Below are positions 43,406 to 56,538 of a DNA stretch of 64,000 nucleotides, in pieces. The stretch comes from the human T2T-CHM13v2.0 reference genome, Homo sapiens, in the NCBI RefSeq assembly GCF_009914755.1, contig NC_060927.1; one strand, 5' to 3'. Position numbers and translations under genes: made by a program. Within the stretch, counting starts at the first letter, position 1; each line of letters opens with the position of its first letter. The notes beneath the pieces are model-generated. The model was not told the DNA's origin. It worked only from the letters and a program-made list of their open reading frames with translations, and made no database searches.

Positions 43406-44196
43406 CTCCATGGTTTGTTACATTTTAAAAATACTATATAGGTTTGATGTACTTCATTGTCTCTATTTAGTTATGAAATCTCTTGGGGTTAAAAGACATT
43501 TTTCTAGTTTTACATCCAGCAGGCAAATAGAGATTACCATCCCAAGTAAACTGGGTTATCACCCCTGAAAAAATGATGGTTACTGCCTCAGGAGACCAAG
43601 GTTGCTGATTGGCCAGCGAGCGTGTGAGCAGGTGTGCTTGACTGCAGACTGCCCATATCCAGGACGATTCTTCTTACACCCCACACAGGGTCCCACTGGT
43701 CCTTTTTCAGTGTTGTCCAACAAAACTCTGAATCTACACTTTCAGAAGCCTTGTTCAAGTTTATGTAATTCCTCCTTTTGATTTGAGTAGATCAAAGACT
43801 GGACCCCATCCCCACCTACCCTACTAAGGTTGAAGATAACTAACTTTCTATGTGTCCCGGTTGGATTTATGCATTTCTTCAATTCCCAAAGACAAGATGT
43901 ATTAGTTTTTCTCTAGCCCTTCATATCCTCCTTTCTTTCTTCTGATTTCCAGTCTGTATCACCTCACCCAGATTTGCTGCTAACCTCCTTCAGATATTTT
44001 TATTGCCTAATTAAATTCTGAATTATTTCCAGATTATTCCTGTCTAGTTAGGCATAATATCTTACAGATATTTAATTGACAGCTCCTTGGATTCTGACCC
44101 TCCTGTTTTTGTCACAACACTAGAGTTAAGCTAATGACAAGTGTCAGCTGTTGAATACAACACTTAATACTATATTGCCGATGAGAAAACCATTAC

Positions 44197-44318
44197 CTCT
44201 CATCCTTAGGTGCATGTTGTGCTGTTCCTGGCTTATAAATATCCTGCAAACTCTGTTGAATGATGAGCTGGGTGTCAAAGTCTTCATCTATGTCTTCATC
44301 GCTGGTGTAATTATCCAT
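44197..44318 (-). CDS. ASB14: ASB14 first coding exon
   Basis: ATG at 44318; [40 protein letters not shown] + AG|gtaatg; acceptor at ~44390; the nine coding exons sum to 1764 nt (587 aa plus stop). Confidence 0.93.
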
Positions 44319-44917
44319 GTGAAACGTGGACAGGTTTACTTTAAAGTCAGAGTGAATTAAAAGTATTTTTCCAGTTGTGAAGAGATCAACTGCTTAAAAT
44401 TACAAATGAAATTCAGAAATCTAGAAAATTGGTAGGATTAACAATGAAAAATATACAAAATTTAGGAAACAAAATATTCACTAAAAAATTTCTATAAACT
44501 TAAAAAAGTTTTGTGGACTGCCACAGATTCAACAAAAATTAGAAGTTTCCATGAGTAGCCATTGACTTAAAGCTTATTCAGGAAAAACCACCTTTCAAAT
44601 AAGACTTCGGTTAGTGCCACTCTAACACTGACAACACTCTGATCTGTTCAACTTGGCTGTGAGTCTTTCACAGTGATTGTAGCACTCATCCAAAATAATA
44701 TCTTTCCTACACACAGTGTGATGCTGAAAATAATATTTTACTTAATATACATTAAAAATAAACATGTTATAGGAACAAATGTATTCTCATAATTACAACA
44801 TGGATACAGCAGTAGTAAAAACAAATGTATCTTACTAGGCAATATCTAAATGGTTTTAAAAGAAAAATGTCAGTTTTAGCATAGAATACATTTGGTCACA
44901 TTTCAAAGACTTTTTAC

Positions 44918-44968
44918 CTTTTGTTTTATCCTCTAGGACAGCACTGAAGTTTTCACTGTTAAGGACTA
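44918..44968 (-). other. ASB14: Predicted ASB14 5' non-coding exon 1
   Basis: Donor AAAAG|gtaaaa at 44918/44917; start inferred ~26-30 nt downstream of the TATA box. Confidence 0.5.
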
Positions 44969-44993
44969 ACACATGTAAGCCTCAGAATTTTCA

Positions 44994-45004
44994 TTTATAT
45001 TTAG
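44994..45004 (-). promoter_or_regulatory. Overlapping TATA box and MEF2 consensus, candidate ASB14 promoter
   Basis: Minus strand CTAAATATAAA contains TATAAA and matches YTA(W)4TAR. Confidence 0.5.
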
Positions 45005-46065
45005 GCTCTCCTCTCCCCTGTAGTGACCATTCCATTAATAGCTTTACTATAAATACTTCATCATAAGACAGTTTGGCACATTCTCCTTGTTTTTTACATG
45101 TGGTTTAGCTCTTTTTGGAAACATGATCTCTTTTCTTCAATGCTACATTCATCAAATTTAAAGGATTAAATATTTTATTCCTGGAATAAAATGCTTTTGC
45201 AGGGGGTTGGCCATGCAAAGAGAATTCATGCACATAGCCACTGCAAACCACAATCAATTTTTCACTTAAGAGAACCCAAACATTTTGCTCTGACCCAATT
45301 ATCCAAAGTGACTGTCCCAATGTACTAGATTCACTAGGTAGCTGTGACTACATTTTCCTTGGGTTACAGAACTGTGGCCTTCAGTGTCCTTGGAATCCTA
45401 AGGGAAGAATTCACTCTACACAAGATAAAATTTTGATCAAAATTCTGTTTTGTTGAAATATTTTTAAATTGTTAATATACACTAAAAAAAGCAAAGGGAC
45501 CACTTGACATTTCAAATTAAATATGAAGCAAATGCCGAGAAGCACACTGTCACTGCAGGTGTAGAAGTTCGGACTGCCCTCAAGCCATCCTACTGCCTTT
45601 GCAGGCCAACTTCGCAGCTTTGAGTTTCCTTTCCTAGTCACAAGGATGCAGTGAGAAATGGAACCGATGTCTTAGAGGTAAGAAATAAAGAGGTATAGTT
45701 GTGTAACTTTTAATATTTTCCATATTTATAATTTCTTAATTTATGTATTTGAAATATTTATGTATAATTACTTTAGGTAGGAGAGTGGAAAGTAAACTAT
45801 ACTGAAGCTGAAGGAATGACTTAACATTTGTGAAGGAGATAATTCCTGATATTTGTTAAATGTTACCGTTTAACCCCCAAATCTATTTTTCACATACAAT
45901 CAAACTTCAAAAAGTTCTCCTCAGAAAGGAGAACAATGCAATGAGTGTTTGCAAAGATCATTTAAAAGAATAACACCAAAACACTTGGTTTTATAATGTA
46001 TATATTTTAAGTAGGACAGGTTTTTTTTTTTTTAAACTTTTGGATGTTTTATAAATTTGTCCAAT

Positions 46066-46256
46066 TTAGTCATCCAACTGACAAAGCAAAGCAACCCCGC
46101 GCTTGATCCAGTGCCGAGTAGGTTGGTCTGTTTTTAACAACATTGCAATGACAAAGTTAGTAGAATGTCCCGTAGTGGAAAGAGTTCCTTTACGTTCACT
46201 TGTCTTGTAGAGGGGACAGACATAGGCATCCGACTTTATAATCCGAGATTTTTGAG
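46066..46256 (-). CDS. DNAH12: DNAH12 last coding exon (axonemal dynein heavy chain C-terminus)
   Basis: caag|CT CAA AAA; [62 protein letters not shown]; paralog identity rests on synteny with APPL1/ASB14. Confidence 0.93.
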
Positions 46257-46447
46257 CTTGAAAAAAAAAAAGAAATATATTCACTTGATAAAGGGAAAAA
46301 CAGCCATTGGTACGAAAAGAACTATTTATCTTGTAATAAAATGGCCAGAACTAAATCTAAGATCATAATTGTGATATATGAAGGTTTTACAGCATATATA
46401 TTTTTTTACAGTACATATAGTATTACGGTTGTGAAACAAGGCAAGTA

Positions 46448-46760
<313 letters not shown>

Positions 46761-47810
46761 CAAGGCACGTATTTCGTATGGTGCATGATTCTAGGTGTGG
46801 AAGACAGGAATAGACTTTAAAGTTCTGACCGCTTAGCAGGCATGAGAAAACTCAAGAGGATTTGGGAGGGGAGAATGAGAAGGGAGGGAAGAAGGAATAA
46901 AATACAGTATAGGTAGTGGGGGAGACTCAAAAGAAGAAATACAACTGCTTAGAGCTCTAATCCAAGAAACCCACACATTAGAAGAAGCTGACGTTTCTAT
47001 TTGTTTTTAGCAGGTAAATAATAAGAAAAACATGTCAACTCTTACCAATTCATGAAAAGAAACTATATACAATCCCCAAAAAGCCAGATATAAGATATTA
47101 AGAGTCTTTCCAAACTAAGGTCACTTTTCTCATAGTTATAACTGAACCACATTCGTAATGAGAATATTTGATAGGTTGGATGGTGATTCTGGGTGATCAG
47201 TAAATATTTTAAGAAATTGTTGTTATTTAAGAATTAAAAAGTTAGGGAAGAGAAAACAAAAGAATGAGACTTTTTTTTCCAGACTTGTAGAAAGATGATG
47301 ATGGCAGAAGCAGGGGAGGAGCAAGCAGTTTCCTAAATGGGGCAAAATTGGCCCCCACCCCATGTGGCTAGCAACATCTATGCCTTGGGGGACCTGGCTG
47401 GCTCCTAGGCCTAGCAGTTTCTTATAGCCAGAAAATGCTAGTCACTAGCGGGAGACTGTGTCAAGCTAATTTGTGCCTCTGAGCAATGTGTAAAGGGAAT
47501 TCAGAATCAAAATATGGATGGGCAGCTGTTCAGTCTGTGAACCCCCTTGTAGAAGTGGGGGGAGGGGCTGAAAAGAATGACATATCCCATAGGCTACGAT
47601 AAAAAAGCAGCATGGTATTCCCAAAATAATATAAATGCCATACACACAAAGAGATAATAATAATTTCTAATGTAAATGTTCTATTAATGTTTATTATAAT
47701 TGAGCTAGATCCTAAAAGGTTTGAGCAAAAACTTATTTTGGGGAGCAGTGTATAATATCCATCCTTATTCTCCCTAAACTTCAAATAAATTTTGTTGAGA
47801 GAATATTTAC

Positions 47811-47878
47811 TTGGTTTTATCCATATGATGGGCATCAGGTCAAACAGAAGTTTGGGATATTGTTCAGCAAGCAATCCA
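47811..47878 (-). CDS. DNAH12: DNAH12 coding exon
   Basis: cag|T GGA TTG...CCA A|gtaaat; GLLAEQYPKLLFDLMPIIWIKP. Confidence 0.92.
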
Positions 47879-48629
47879 CTGTAACGAGAAATTGACAGAA
47901 ATTATTAGAAATAACATGAAATTCACTTCTGAGAACAGATTGCTACTTAGATATTGGCTTTTACTAAAAGAAAGGACTAGAGGCATAGAGAAAAAGAAAT
48001 GTAAAAAAAGAAAATGAGAAAATGGCAATGAAGAATTGAGAGAAACAAAAGACAATGATGGAAAGGCAAAGGGTAAACAGTGGACACATATGAATGTCTG
48101 CCAATTTTTAATGATTGTCCATGTGGCCAGGGCTCCAAGGGAAACTTTGTCTCCTTTTCTCTATCCCATATATTTTAAACAGGAATAGTATTGCTTAATT
48201 TCCTGAGTGAAGCAGGAAATTCAGTATTTATTGTAAATATTTATTTATTATCTCATCAAAATGCAAGAAAAGGTTTCCCATTCACTAACAGAAAGGTGAA
48301 CTTCATTATAACTAACTGTAAACCATTTAAAAGTGAGGTGGTCCTACACATTACAAAATAGAAGGAAACTGTTATAAAATGGAATAGGCAGGAAAATAAT
48401 TTCAGCTAACTTTTCTACTAATAAGACTACTGAAATATTGACTAAAAATTATTCAAGACCTAAAAATAACAACTCATCAGTTGCCCCAGCTTGACTAATA
48501 ATTTATGTGAGAGTTCTGATGTTATTATTACTTGCCTTAAAAGAGGACTTTTTTTTTAAGCAACAGATTGCTTATCTTATCTATGATTCAGCTACAAATG
48601 AAGAGGTCCTGGCAGCTGAATCCACTGAC

Positions 48630-48721
48630 CTTTCTCGGTCCCAGCGTGCGCCATCGAGATACAGTCCGTGGATATAAACACCATCTTCTGGTGATGTGTC
48701 AGATGTATCAGATGGGATAAC
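48630..48721 (-). CDS. DNAH12: DNAH12 coding exon
   Basis: cag|GTT ATC...GAA AG|gtcagt; [30 protein letters not shown]. Confidence 0.93.
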
Positions 48722-49132
48722 CTGAAGGGATAGGCACACACTAGCAGTGATCCTCTCCAGACAACTTCATCTCATAAAGAACACATTAGCGAAATATTCA
48801 GAACACATTCAGGGAAACTCTATTGTATAATAGCTTGTTAAACTATACATTTTTTCAGCCGTAGTTTGTAAAAAAGTATAAAAGTACTTCTTTTTGAAGT
48901 ATTTTATCAGATTGTACTGTACCTCATAATTTTTGCTAAAGTAGAAGAACAGCGTTGGATTATTTAAATCAAATATTGCAATATATAAAAGTTCTAAGGG
49001 ATAGCAAGACAAATATTCTTACAACACAAAGAATGAAGTAAAATTGCTTACAATGGGTTACAATACATAAACTCGGTTTAAATACATGACTTAATGTAAT
49101 GATATACTGTTGACTTTAAGGAGTTACTATAC

Positions 49133-49270
49133 CTCAAATTCATATCCTAGCAAATCAATAGGGGTGGTATATTTTCTGGCATAATTCTGCATAGCTCCAG
49201 TTAAAAAGGCCTGAGTGAAAAAGAAACCTGACAGCCAAAACACACAAGGTTTTCCTGAATTATACCAGTC
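49133..49270 (-). CDS. DNAH12: DNAH12 coding exon
   Basis: tag|GAC TGG...TTT GAG|gtatag; [46 protein letters not shown]. Confidence 0.93.
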
Positions 49271-49645
49271 CTACAAAGGGAAAACAAAACACATTATGTC
49301 AGTTTTTAAAGTTATACAAGTGCCACCTGATGTACAATTCCTGATTCTGGTTTTTGCTTATGTTGCCCACATTTTCCATCACGAGGCCCTCTTCCCTGAC
49401 GTCAAACACACAGCCTACCTTGGCCCTCTCACCTCTTTCCCCTTCTACTCTTCTTGGAAAACTCAGAACAATTTGAGCATTAACGTGAATGAAACATAGT
49501 TTGAAGAGTCAAATCTTCTGCAAAAGCCAAATGTAAATTATTTGATGCTTTATTATATCATCCCACTCAAAAGCAACCATCATTAGACATCTTACACATT
49601 GTCTAATTATAGACCTCATTTGTTGATTCCAGTTCCTTAACCCTA

Positions 49646-49951
<306 letters not shown>

Positions 49952-50329
49952 TAACCCTCTTAAACCCCTTGTCTCTGTGTCCACTGCCCTCACTCCAGTT
50001 CAGCTATTCATGGTCTTCTTTCTGTACCAGTGCATGTTGTCTTCTTGCTTCTTCCCTTTCTGCTCAATCTATCCAGAAGAATTGCCAGAATATAACTCAC
50101 CGTGCAGAATTTGGATCAGACGTAGCATCTTGCATCAGTGTAGCATCAGTGACCTACCAAATTGTTCAGTGATGCACCAAATTAAAGCTTAAGCCTCTTG
50201 GTCTCCTATTCAAGATACTTCACACAAACAAACAAACCAAAAACATAGATACTTCACAATCCATCCCCAATGTATTTTCAGTTCTATTATATCTCTTTTA
50301 CTTCCTTTCAGGCATCCTGCATTCTAATC

Positions 50330-50892
50330 TGGACTGGACTAAAGGGACTGGACTATTTGCTGGTCTCTTTGTGCTGGGTGGACATTTGTTGTTTTCCTGC
50401 CTATCTTGAAGTGATACCATCCTTCTCAGTCCAAGCTTCTCAGTCCAGGCACCTCTGGTGGTAGAACTCCACCTAGCCATGCAGGGTAGGCTGGTGACTC
50501 ACACCTGGCCAGTCATACTTCCAGCCTGAGTGACTGATTCAGAAATGGACATGTGACCCAATCAAAGCCAGAGATGCAGAAACTCTTGCTGGGACTTTCG
50601 GAGAAAAGACTCACTCTCAACTCCTCAAAGTTGGGTGGATGTGAGGCCAGAGTTGCTGTTGCTATCTTGCTACCATCAGATGACAGCCTGAGAATGGAGT
50701 TTACCCAAAGGGAATGGAGACAACAGATGAAGTGCAAGAAGCCAGGACAAGATATCCATGTTTGCACCCTGGTCAAATGTTACCTGAAGCCACTTTAGCT
50801 CCTGGAGTTTGCAGTTACATGAGGGAACAAACTTCATTTTTGCTTATGTCAGAATTTTTGTTACTTATAATGGAATCAATCCAAAGTGGTAC
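50330..50892. mobile_element. Old MLT1 (J/K-like) LTR
   Basis: Degenerate motifs GGACATGTGACCCAATC and TTACATGAG...; boundaries approximate. Confidence 0.55.
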
Positions 50893-51826
50893 AGTGCTTT
50901 TTATCCCATAAGCTACATAGTGATCTCTTTTTCCTTTCTTTGCAGTATCTAAACCATTCATTCTTTAAATCCCACTTAAATGCTACCTCATCCATGAAAC
51001 AATCTCTGCTTTCTTGTGCCATAAGAACTCTCTCCCTTCTTTGAAATCCCAGAGCATTTTACATGTTGGTCTCTTATGGAACATCCCTTACTATAGTGTA
51101 CTAATTTTCTTTAGATACATGGCTTGTCCCCTGTAAGCTCTTGGCAGCTTCAGGGCAGGACTTTTGTTGTGATTATCTTTTTATCACAGGACACACAAGG
51201 TGCTTTGAATAAAATGAGGTCTCAATTCATATTTATGGAATGAACAGATGAATCAATGAAATGGACTTTGTCTCTGAGCAGGCAATACACTCTGGGAAGA
51301 AGCCAGTTTTGCTCCATAGGAGGAAGAGAACAAACTGCTGCTGGAGATGCTGCAACAGTACAAGCTGTCAGGTCAAGAAGAGGCAGAGAAAGAGATGAAG
51401 TCTGACAAGGGTAAAACCAGGCAGAGCGAGCACCAAGCACAAGAAAGCTGTAAAGACCCACAAGGCAAACATTTAGAAAACCCACTCGCCCGTGGCTTCC
51501 TTTATCCCAGAGTGTCATTAGTGTCTGTGGTCAGCTACTTGTACTACCTCTGAATTAGCTACCATTTACTAAGTGCTTAGTACATGCCAGGCACTGTGCT
51601 AAACATTTCATATGCATTGCCTCATTTACTCTATAAAATAACAGTGAGTTGAATATTATTTCTGTCATTTTACAGATGAAGAAACTGGGGTACAGAAAGA
51701 TGAGTAACTTGCTAAAAGTCACAAAGATAGTTAAGTGTTAGATCAGGATTTATGCTGGGATTTTAGGCAGTGTGCAAAAAGTTTTTTTTTTTAAAAAAAA
51801 GGCACAGGAAGGAGAGAATGTGAAGA

Positions 51827-52158
51827 TGCTATGGACTGAATGTTTGTTTTCCTCCAAAATTCATAGATTGAAACCCTCATCTCCAAGGTGATGGTATTTG
51901 GAGATGGAGCCTTTGGGAGGTAATTAGGTCATAAGGGTGGAGCCCTCATGATAGGATTAGCACCCTTATAAGAAGAAACAGAAGAGACATTTTTCTCTTT
52001 TTCTCTCATCGTGAACCAGGAGAGCTGTCACCAATAACCTGACCATGATGGCATCTTGATCTCAGACTTTCCAGCCTCCAGAGCTGTGAGAAATAAATGT
52101 CTGTTCTTTAAGTTATCTAGTCTATTTTGCTTTTTTATAGCAGCCTGAACTGACTAAA
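51827..52158. mobile_element. MLT1A/MST-type MaLR LTR
   Basis: TGCTATGGACTGAATGTTTG...CCAGCCTCCAGAGCTGTGAGAAATAAATGTCTG. Confidence 0.8.
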
Positions 52159-52192
52159 AAGGAGATCGATAGGGTGAACAGTGAGAGAGAAA

Positions 52193-52554
52193 TGAGGAAA
52201 GTGTAGAGTCCTGTAACAATGAGGAAAGGGCCCCACGTGGGGGAGAACAATTGTTCTGAAAAATGTCTAATTACAGACAATCCACTAGCACATCTTGTTT
52301 CCAAATACCTTGCTGTGCCTGTAGCCCGAGCAGCACCACCTTGTTCTGCATAGCCCCTCTAGTACCACCCTACAAAACTTCCCTCCAGCCCCTGGTTCTT
52401 TGCAGATAGCCTCTTCTCTGCTGTGCTGCCCACTGCACTGTTTCAATGTATTTTCATACTTTCTCTAATAAATCTGCCTTTCTTTACCTACGATTGTCTT
52501 GGTAAATTGTTTTACTGACCATGACGCTGGCCCCAGTCAGTTGCACCCAAGACA
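52193..52554 (+). mobile_element. ERV1-type solo LTR, family not assigned
   Basis: TG...CA with 4-bp TSD GAAA; CTAATAAATCTGCCTTTCTTTACC poly(A) region. Confidence 0.6.
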
Positions 52555-53313
52555 GAAATAATAGAAAATTCAGATGACTCATTTGCTTAACTTGTTAACT
52601 CTAAGAACCATTAGGAGGTAAAGAAGAGTCCAAGAGAAAGAAAGATAATGAGAGAACTATAGCTTCTATAAGGGTAAGAGAACAATGGAGGAAACCCTTT
52701 CAATATTCTGTTTTATATTATTCCTTTTGTTAAACATATAATCTACATGAAAAGCTCCTATCAATTAATAAATAATACAAAAGAAAAATGGGCCTAGGAT
52801 ATGAATTGACAGTACACACACACACCCACACACACCACAAATGGAAATCACACATACTAAAGAAGCATAGGCTCACTAGTCATTAAAGAAAGTCGAATGG
52901 AAACAGCAAGATATGGTTGACCTATCAGATTGGCAAAAATTTTAAAGCGATATAGGAGAAAGTCTGTCTCTCTACATTCTTACAAGCACTGGTTATTTTA
53001 TGATTAGCTTATACAGTGAAAGAAAGCTTTTGTGCAATAAAAAGGCAACTGAACACTGAAAGATCATATACCTTTGAGAATTTCCAAAAAAAAAATAGTT
53101 TTGGGATTCTCCCCACCCCATACTCCTTCATAAACATCAACCATAGAATGGGGGCAGGCAGTGGAGTTGAGAAGGAAAAGCAGTGTTCTGTCTGATGTTT
53201 ATGCTGGGGGGAGGGCAGAGGGGGCATTCAAAATACTTATCTTTTCCCTGGTTTTCTGAGATAAGAGGCACTGATTTAAAGACAATGGCCAATTATTGAT
53301 AAACCCAAGCCTC

Positions 53314-53552
53314 TGGCCTGTAATCCCAGTGCTTTGGGAGGCCAAGGTGGGAGGATTGCTTGAGGTCAGGAGTGAGGCACCAGCGTGGGGTACTTGGTGA
53401 GACTCCATCTCTACAAAAAGTAAAATTAGCCACGTATGGTGGCACATGCCTGTAGTTCCAGTTATTCAAGAGGATCCCAGGATTTTGAGATTACAGTGAG
53501 CTAAGATCACACCACTGCACTCCAGCCTGGATGACAGAGCAAGACCCTGTCT

Positions 53553-53583
<31 letters not shown>
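53314..53583 (+). mobile_element. AluJ, slightly truncated
   Basis: Long A tail; TSD CCAAGCCTC. Confidence 0.82.
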
Positions 53584-53587
<4 letters not shown>

Positions 53588-53953
53588 AAGCCTCAGGATT
53601 TTTGACTTACCATCAGTATTAAAATCACAAGACAACTTTAAACTGTGGTCTTACAGGACCACAAACTTAGAATCTTGGTCTCAGAAAACCACAAACTTCG
53701 AATTTTGAAAAATATAAATGTCACATATTACATTGGTTTGGCTGAAGTATAATTTTAATTTTCCACTCAGTACTTTGAAATGTGTATATTTTTCAATATT
53801 CTAAAATTTTCATCAGACTATCACAAAGCTACTCATCACATTTCATTCAACTCAGAGACACTCAAGTGACCACAGCCAACAACTAATATCTCCCCAGTTA
53901 ACCCAAAAAATAAAATTTTACATGTGTCTGTATATTTTACATATATATACATG

Positions 53954-53959
<6 letters not shown>

Positions 53960-53997
<38 letters not shown>

Positions 53998-54002
53998 ACA
54001 CA
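53960..54002. repeat. (CA)n microsatellite next to a DNAH12 donor
   Basis: ~21 CA units with one interruption. Confidence 0.95.
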
Positions 54003-54008
54003 TTTTAC

Positions 54009-54213
54009 CTGTAAAAAGTTCAACCGGGCTAGGAAATCTGTGATGTAACTTCCCAGGGGCTTAAGGCTTGGGTATGAACGTTTGGCCCATATTTCTGGAA
54101 CCTTTCCAACAAGTAAGCTACTGGAGAGTGCCTCCAATGCAGAATCCATCACAACCACACCCTTAATAGCTTTTTCAAGGTCCCGTAGAGTGTTACGTAT
54201 AGTTATAATTAAA
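54009..54213 (-). CDS. DNAH12: DNAH12 coding exon
   Basis: cag|T TTA ATT...TTA CAG|gtaaaa; [68 protein letters not shown]. Confidence 0.94.
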
Positions 54214-54802
54214 CTGCAATGAAAGAAATTATGTCATCAACATATATGATGATATCAACATACGGTCTTTCCAGAAGAAGAACAGCAGGAATTTCATTCC
54301 CAGCTTTATGGGATTGCTTCCCAAAATGTGTCACCTCCCATGTGGTGGTACGTGAGCTAATGTTAAGTGATACATGTATGAACATTTTTCATTTTAATCA
54401 TTACATACATATTTTAAAATATAGAAAGTAATACAACTAGCATATCAAAATTTTTGCTTTCTGGCTATTTTTGCTTAGGACCTGGCTAATTTAAGCAGAC
54501 AATGATTTAAGGAAAAATATTAGGTAAGTAATATTTCAGGTGACAGGCAAATATGAAAAAGCTGTAATGATGTCGTGCAATGGCTGAAACAAACACTGCA
54601 TGAAAACATAAATTGTATATTCATTTATACACTTGCAAATACTTTACTTGCACTTAGGCCCAACTTGTTAAGAATACCATAAATATACTTGTAGTGAGAG
54701 TTTTTAGGCTAGAAGCCTGAGCAGCTGAGAGATACTGTGTTATTATATATACATAAATATAACTTTTGTATAAGAAATGCTGAATTAACTAAGGCATCAG
54801 GT

Positions 54803-54805
<3 letters not shown>

Positions 54806-54842
<37 letters not shown>

Positions 54843-55147
54843 TTTTTTTTTTTTTTTTTTTTTTTTGAGACAGAGTTTCATTCTGTTGCCCAGGCTGGAG
54901 TGCAGCGGCATGATCTCGGCTCACTGCAACCTCCCCCTCCCAGGTTCAAGCAATTCTTCTGCCTCAGCCTCCTGCGTAACTGAGATTGCAGGCATGCACC
55001 ACCACACCCAGCTAATTTCTGTATTTTTAGTAGAGAAGGGGTTTCACCATGTTGGCCAGGCTGGTCTCGAACTCCTGACCTCAGGTGATTCACCTGCCTC
55101 AGCCTCCCAAAGTGCTGGGATTACAGGCGTGAGCCACTGCGCCTGGC
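54806..55147 (-). mobile_element. AluS with (TA)n tail
   Basis: Dimer plus (TA)n 54806-54838. Confidence 0.88.
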
Positions 55148-55332
55148 CAGGTAGCAGAAAAATGACAAAAGATGTGACTACACATAGGTCTAGCTAATGT
55201 TTATTCTGTCTCTAATTCCTAAGAAGAATAGTTAACAGATGGATGAGAAGTTATGATTAATGAATATTTTTAACCAGTAATAACAGATCTCTTTTCATCA
55301 TCATTTTTACATTTTAAAAAATACCCACTCAA

Positions 55333-55633
55333 CTGGGCGTGGTGGCTCACGCCTGTAATCCCAGCACTTGGAGAGGCCGACGCGGGTGCATCACGAGGTC
55401 AGGAGATCGAGACCATCCTGGCTAACATGGTGAAACCCCATCTCTACTAAAAATACAAAAAATTAGCCAGTCGTGGTGGTGGGCGCCTGTAGTCCCAGCT
55501 ACTCAGGAGGCTGAGTCAGGAGAATGGCGTGAACCCAGGAGGCAGAGCTTGCAGTGAGCCCAGATCTTGCCACTGCACTCCAGCCTGGGCGACAGAGCAA
55601 AGACGCCAGCTCAAAAAAAAAAAAAAAAAAAAA
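55333..55633 (+). mobile_element. AluY
   Basis: GGAGAATGGCGTGAACC diagnostic; A tail. Confidence 0.9.
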
Positions 55634-55667
55634 GATACCCTCTCTTCTGAGACAGAAGATATGGAAC

Positions 55668-55975
<308 letters not shown>

Positions 55976-56075
55976 CAGAACTTTTTAAAAGGGGAAAATT
56001 CCAATGAAATGACAGGATTTAATAGTCTTTTCAGCTCAATACCATTGTGTGTTTTTATTGACTTTGGATGGTTGC

Positions 56076-56538
56076 TGTCAGGACTCTGAGCCCAAGCTAA
56101 GCCATCATATCCCCTGTGACCTGCACGTATACATCCAGATGGCCTGAAGTAACTGAAGAATCACAAAAGAAGTGAAATTTAAATGGCCTGTTCCTGCCTT
56201 AACTGATGCCATTCCACCCCAAAAGAAGTGAAAATGGCTGGTCCATGCCTTAACTGATGACATTACCTTGTGAAATTCCTTTTCCTGGCTCATCCTGGCT
56301 CAAAAATCTCCCCCACTGAGCACCTTGTGACCCCCCACTCCTGCCCGCCAGAGAACAACCCCCCTTTGACTGTAATTTTCCTTTACCTACCCAAATCTTA
56401 TAAAACGGCCCCACCCCATCTCCCTTCACTGACAAAACCTCTCTTTTCGGACTCAGCCTGCGTGCACCCAGGTGATTAAAAGCTTTATTGCTCACAGAAA
56501 GCCTGTTTGGTGGTCTCTCCACATGGAAGCGAGTGAAA
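56076..56538 (+). mobile_element. HERV-H 5' LTR (LTR7, type I repeats)
   Basis: Starts TGTCAGG.CTCTGAGCCCAAGCTAAGCC; duplicated AAAAGAAGTGAAA...GCCTTAACTGATG units; TATAAAA 56399-56405; ATTAAA 56475-56480; flanked by GTTGC at 56071-56075. Confidence 0.93.
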
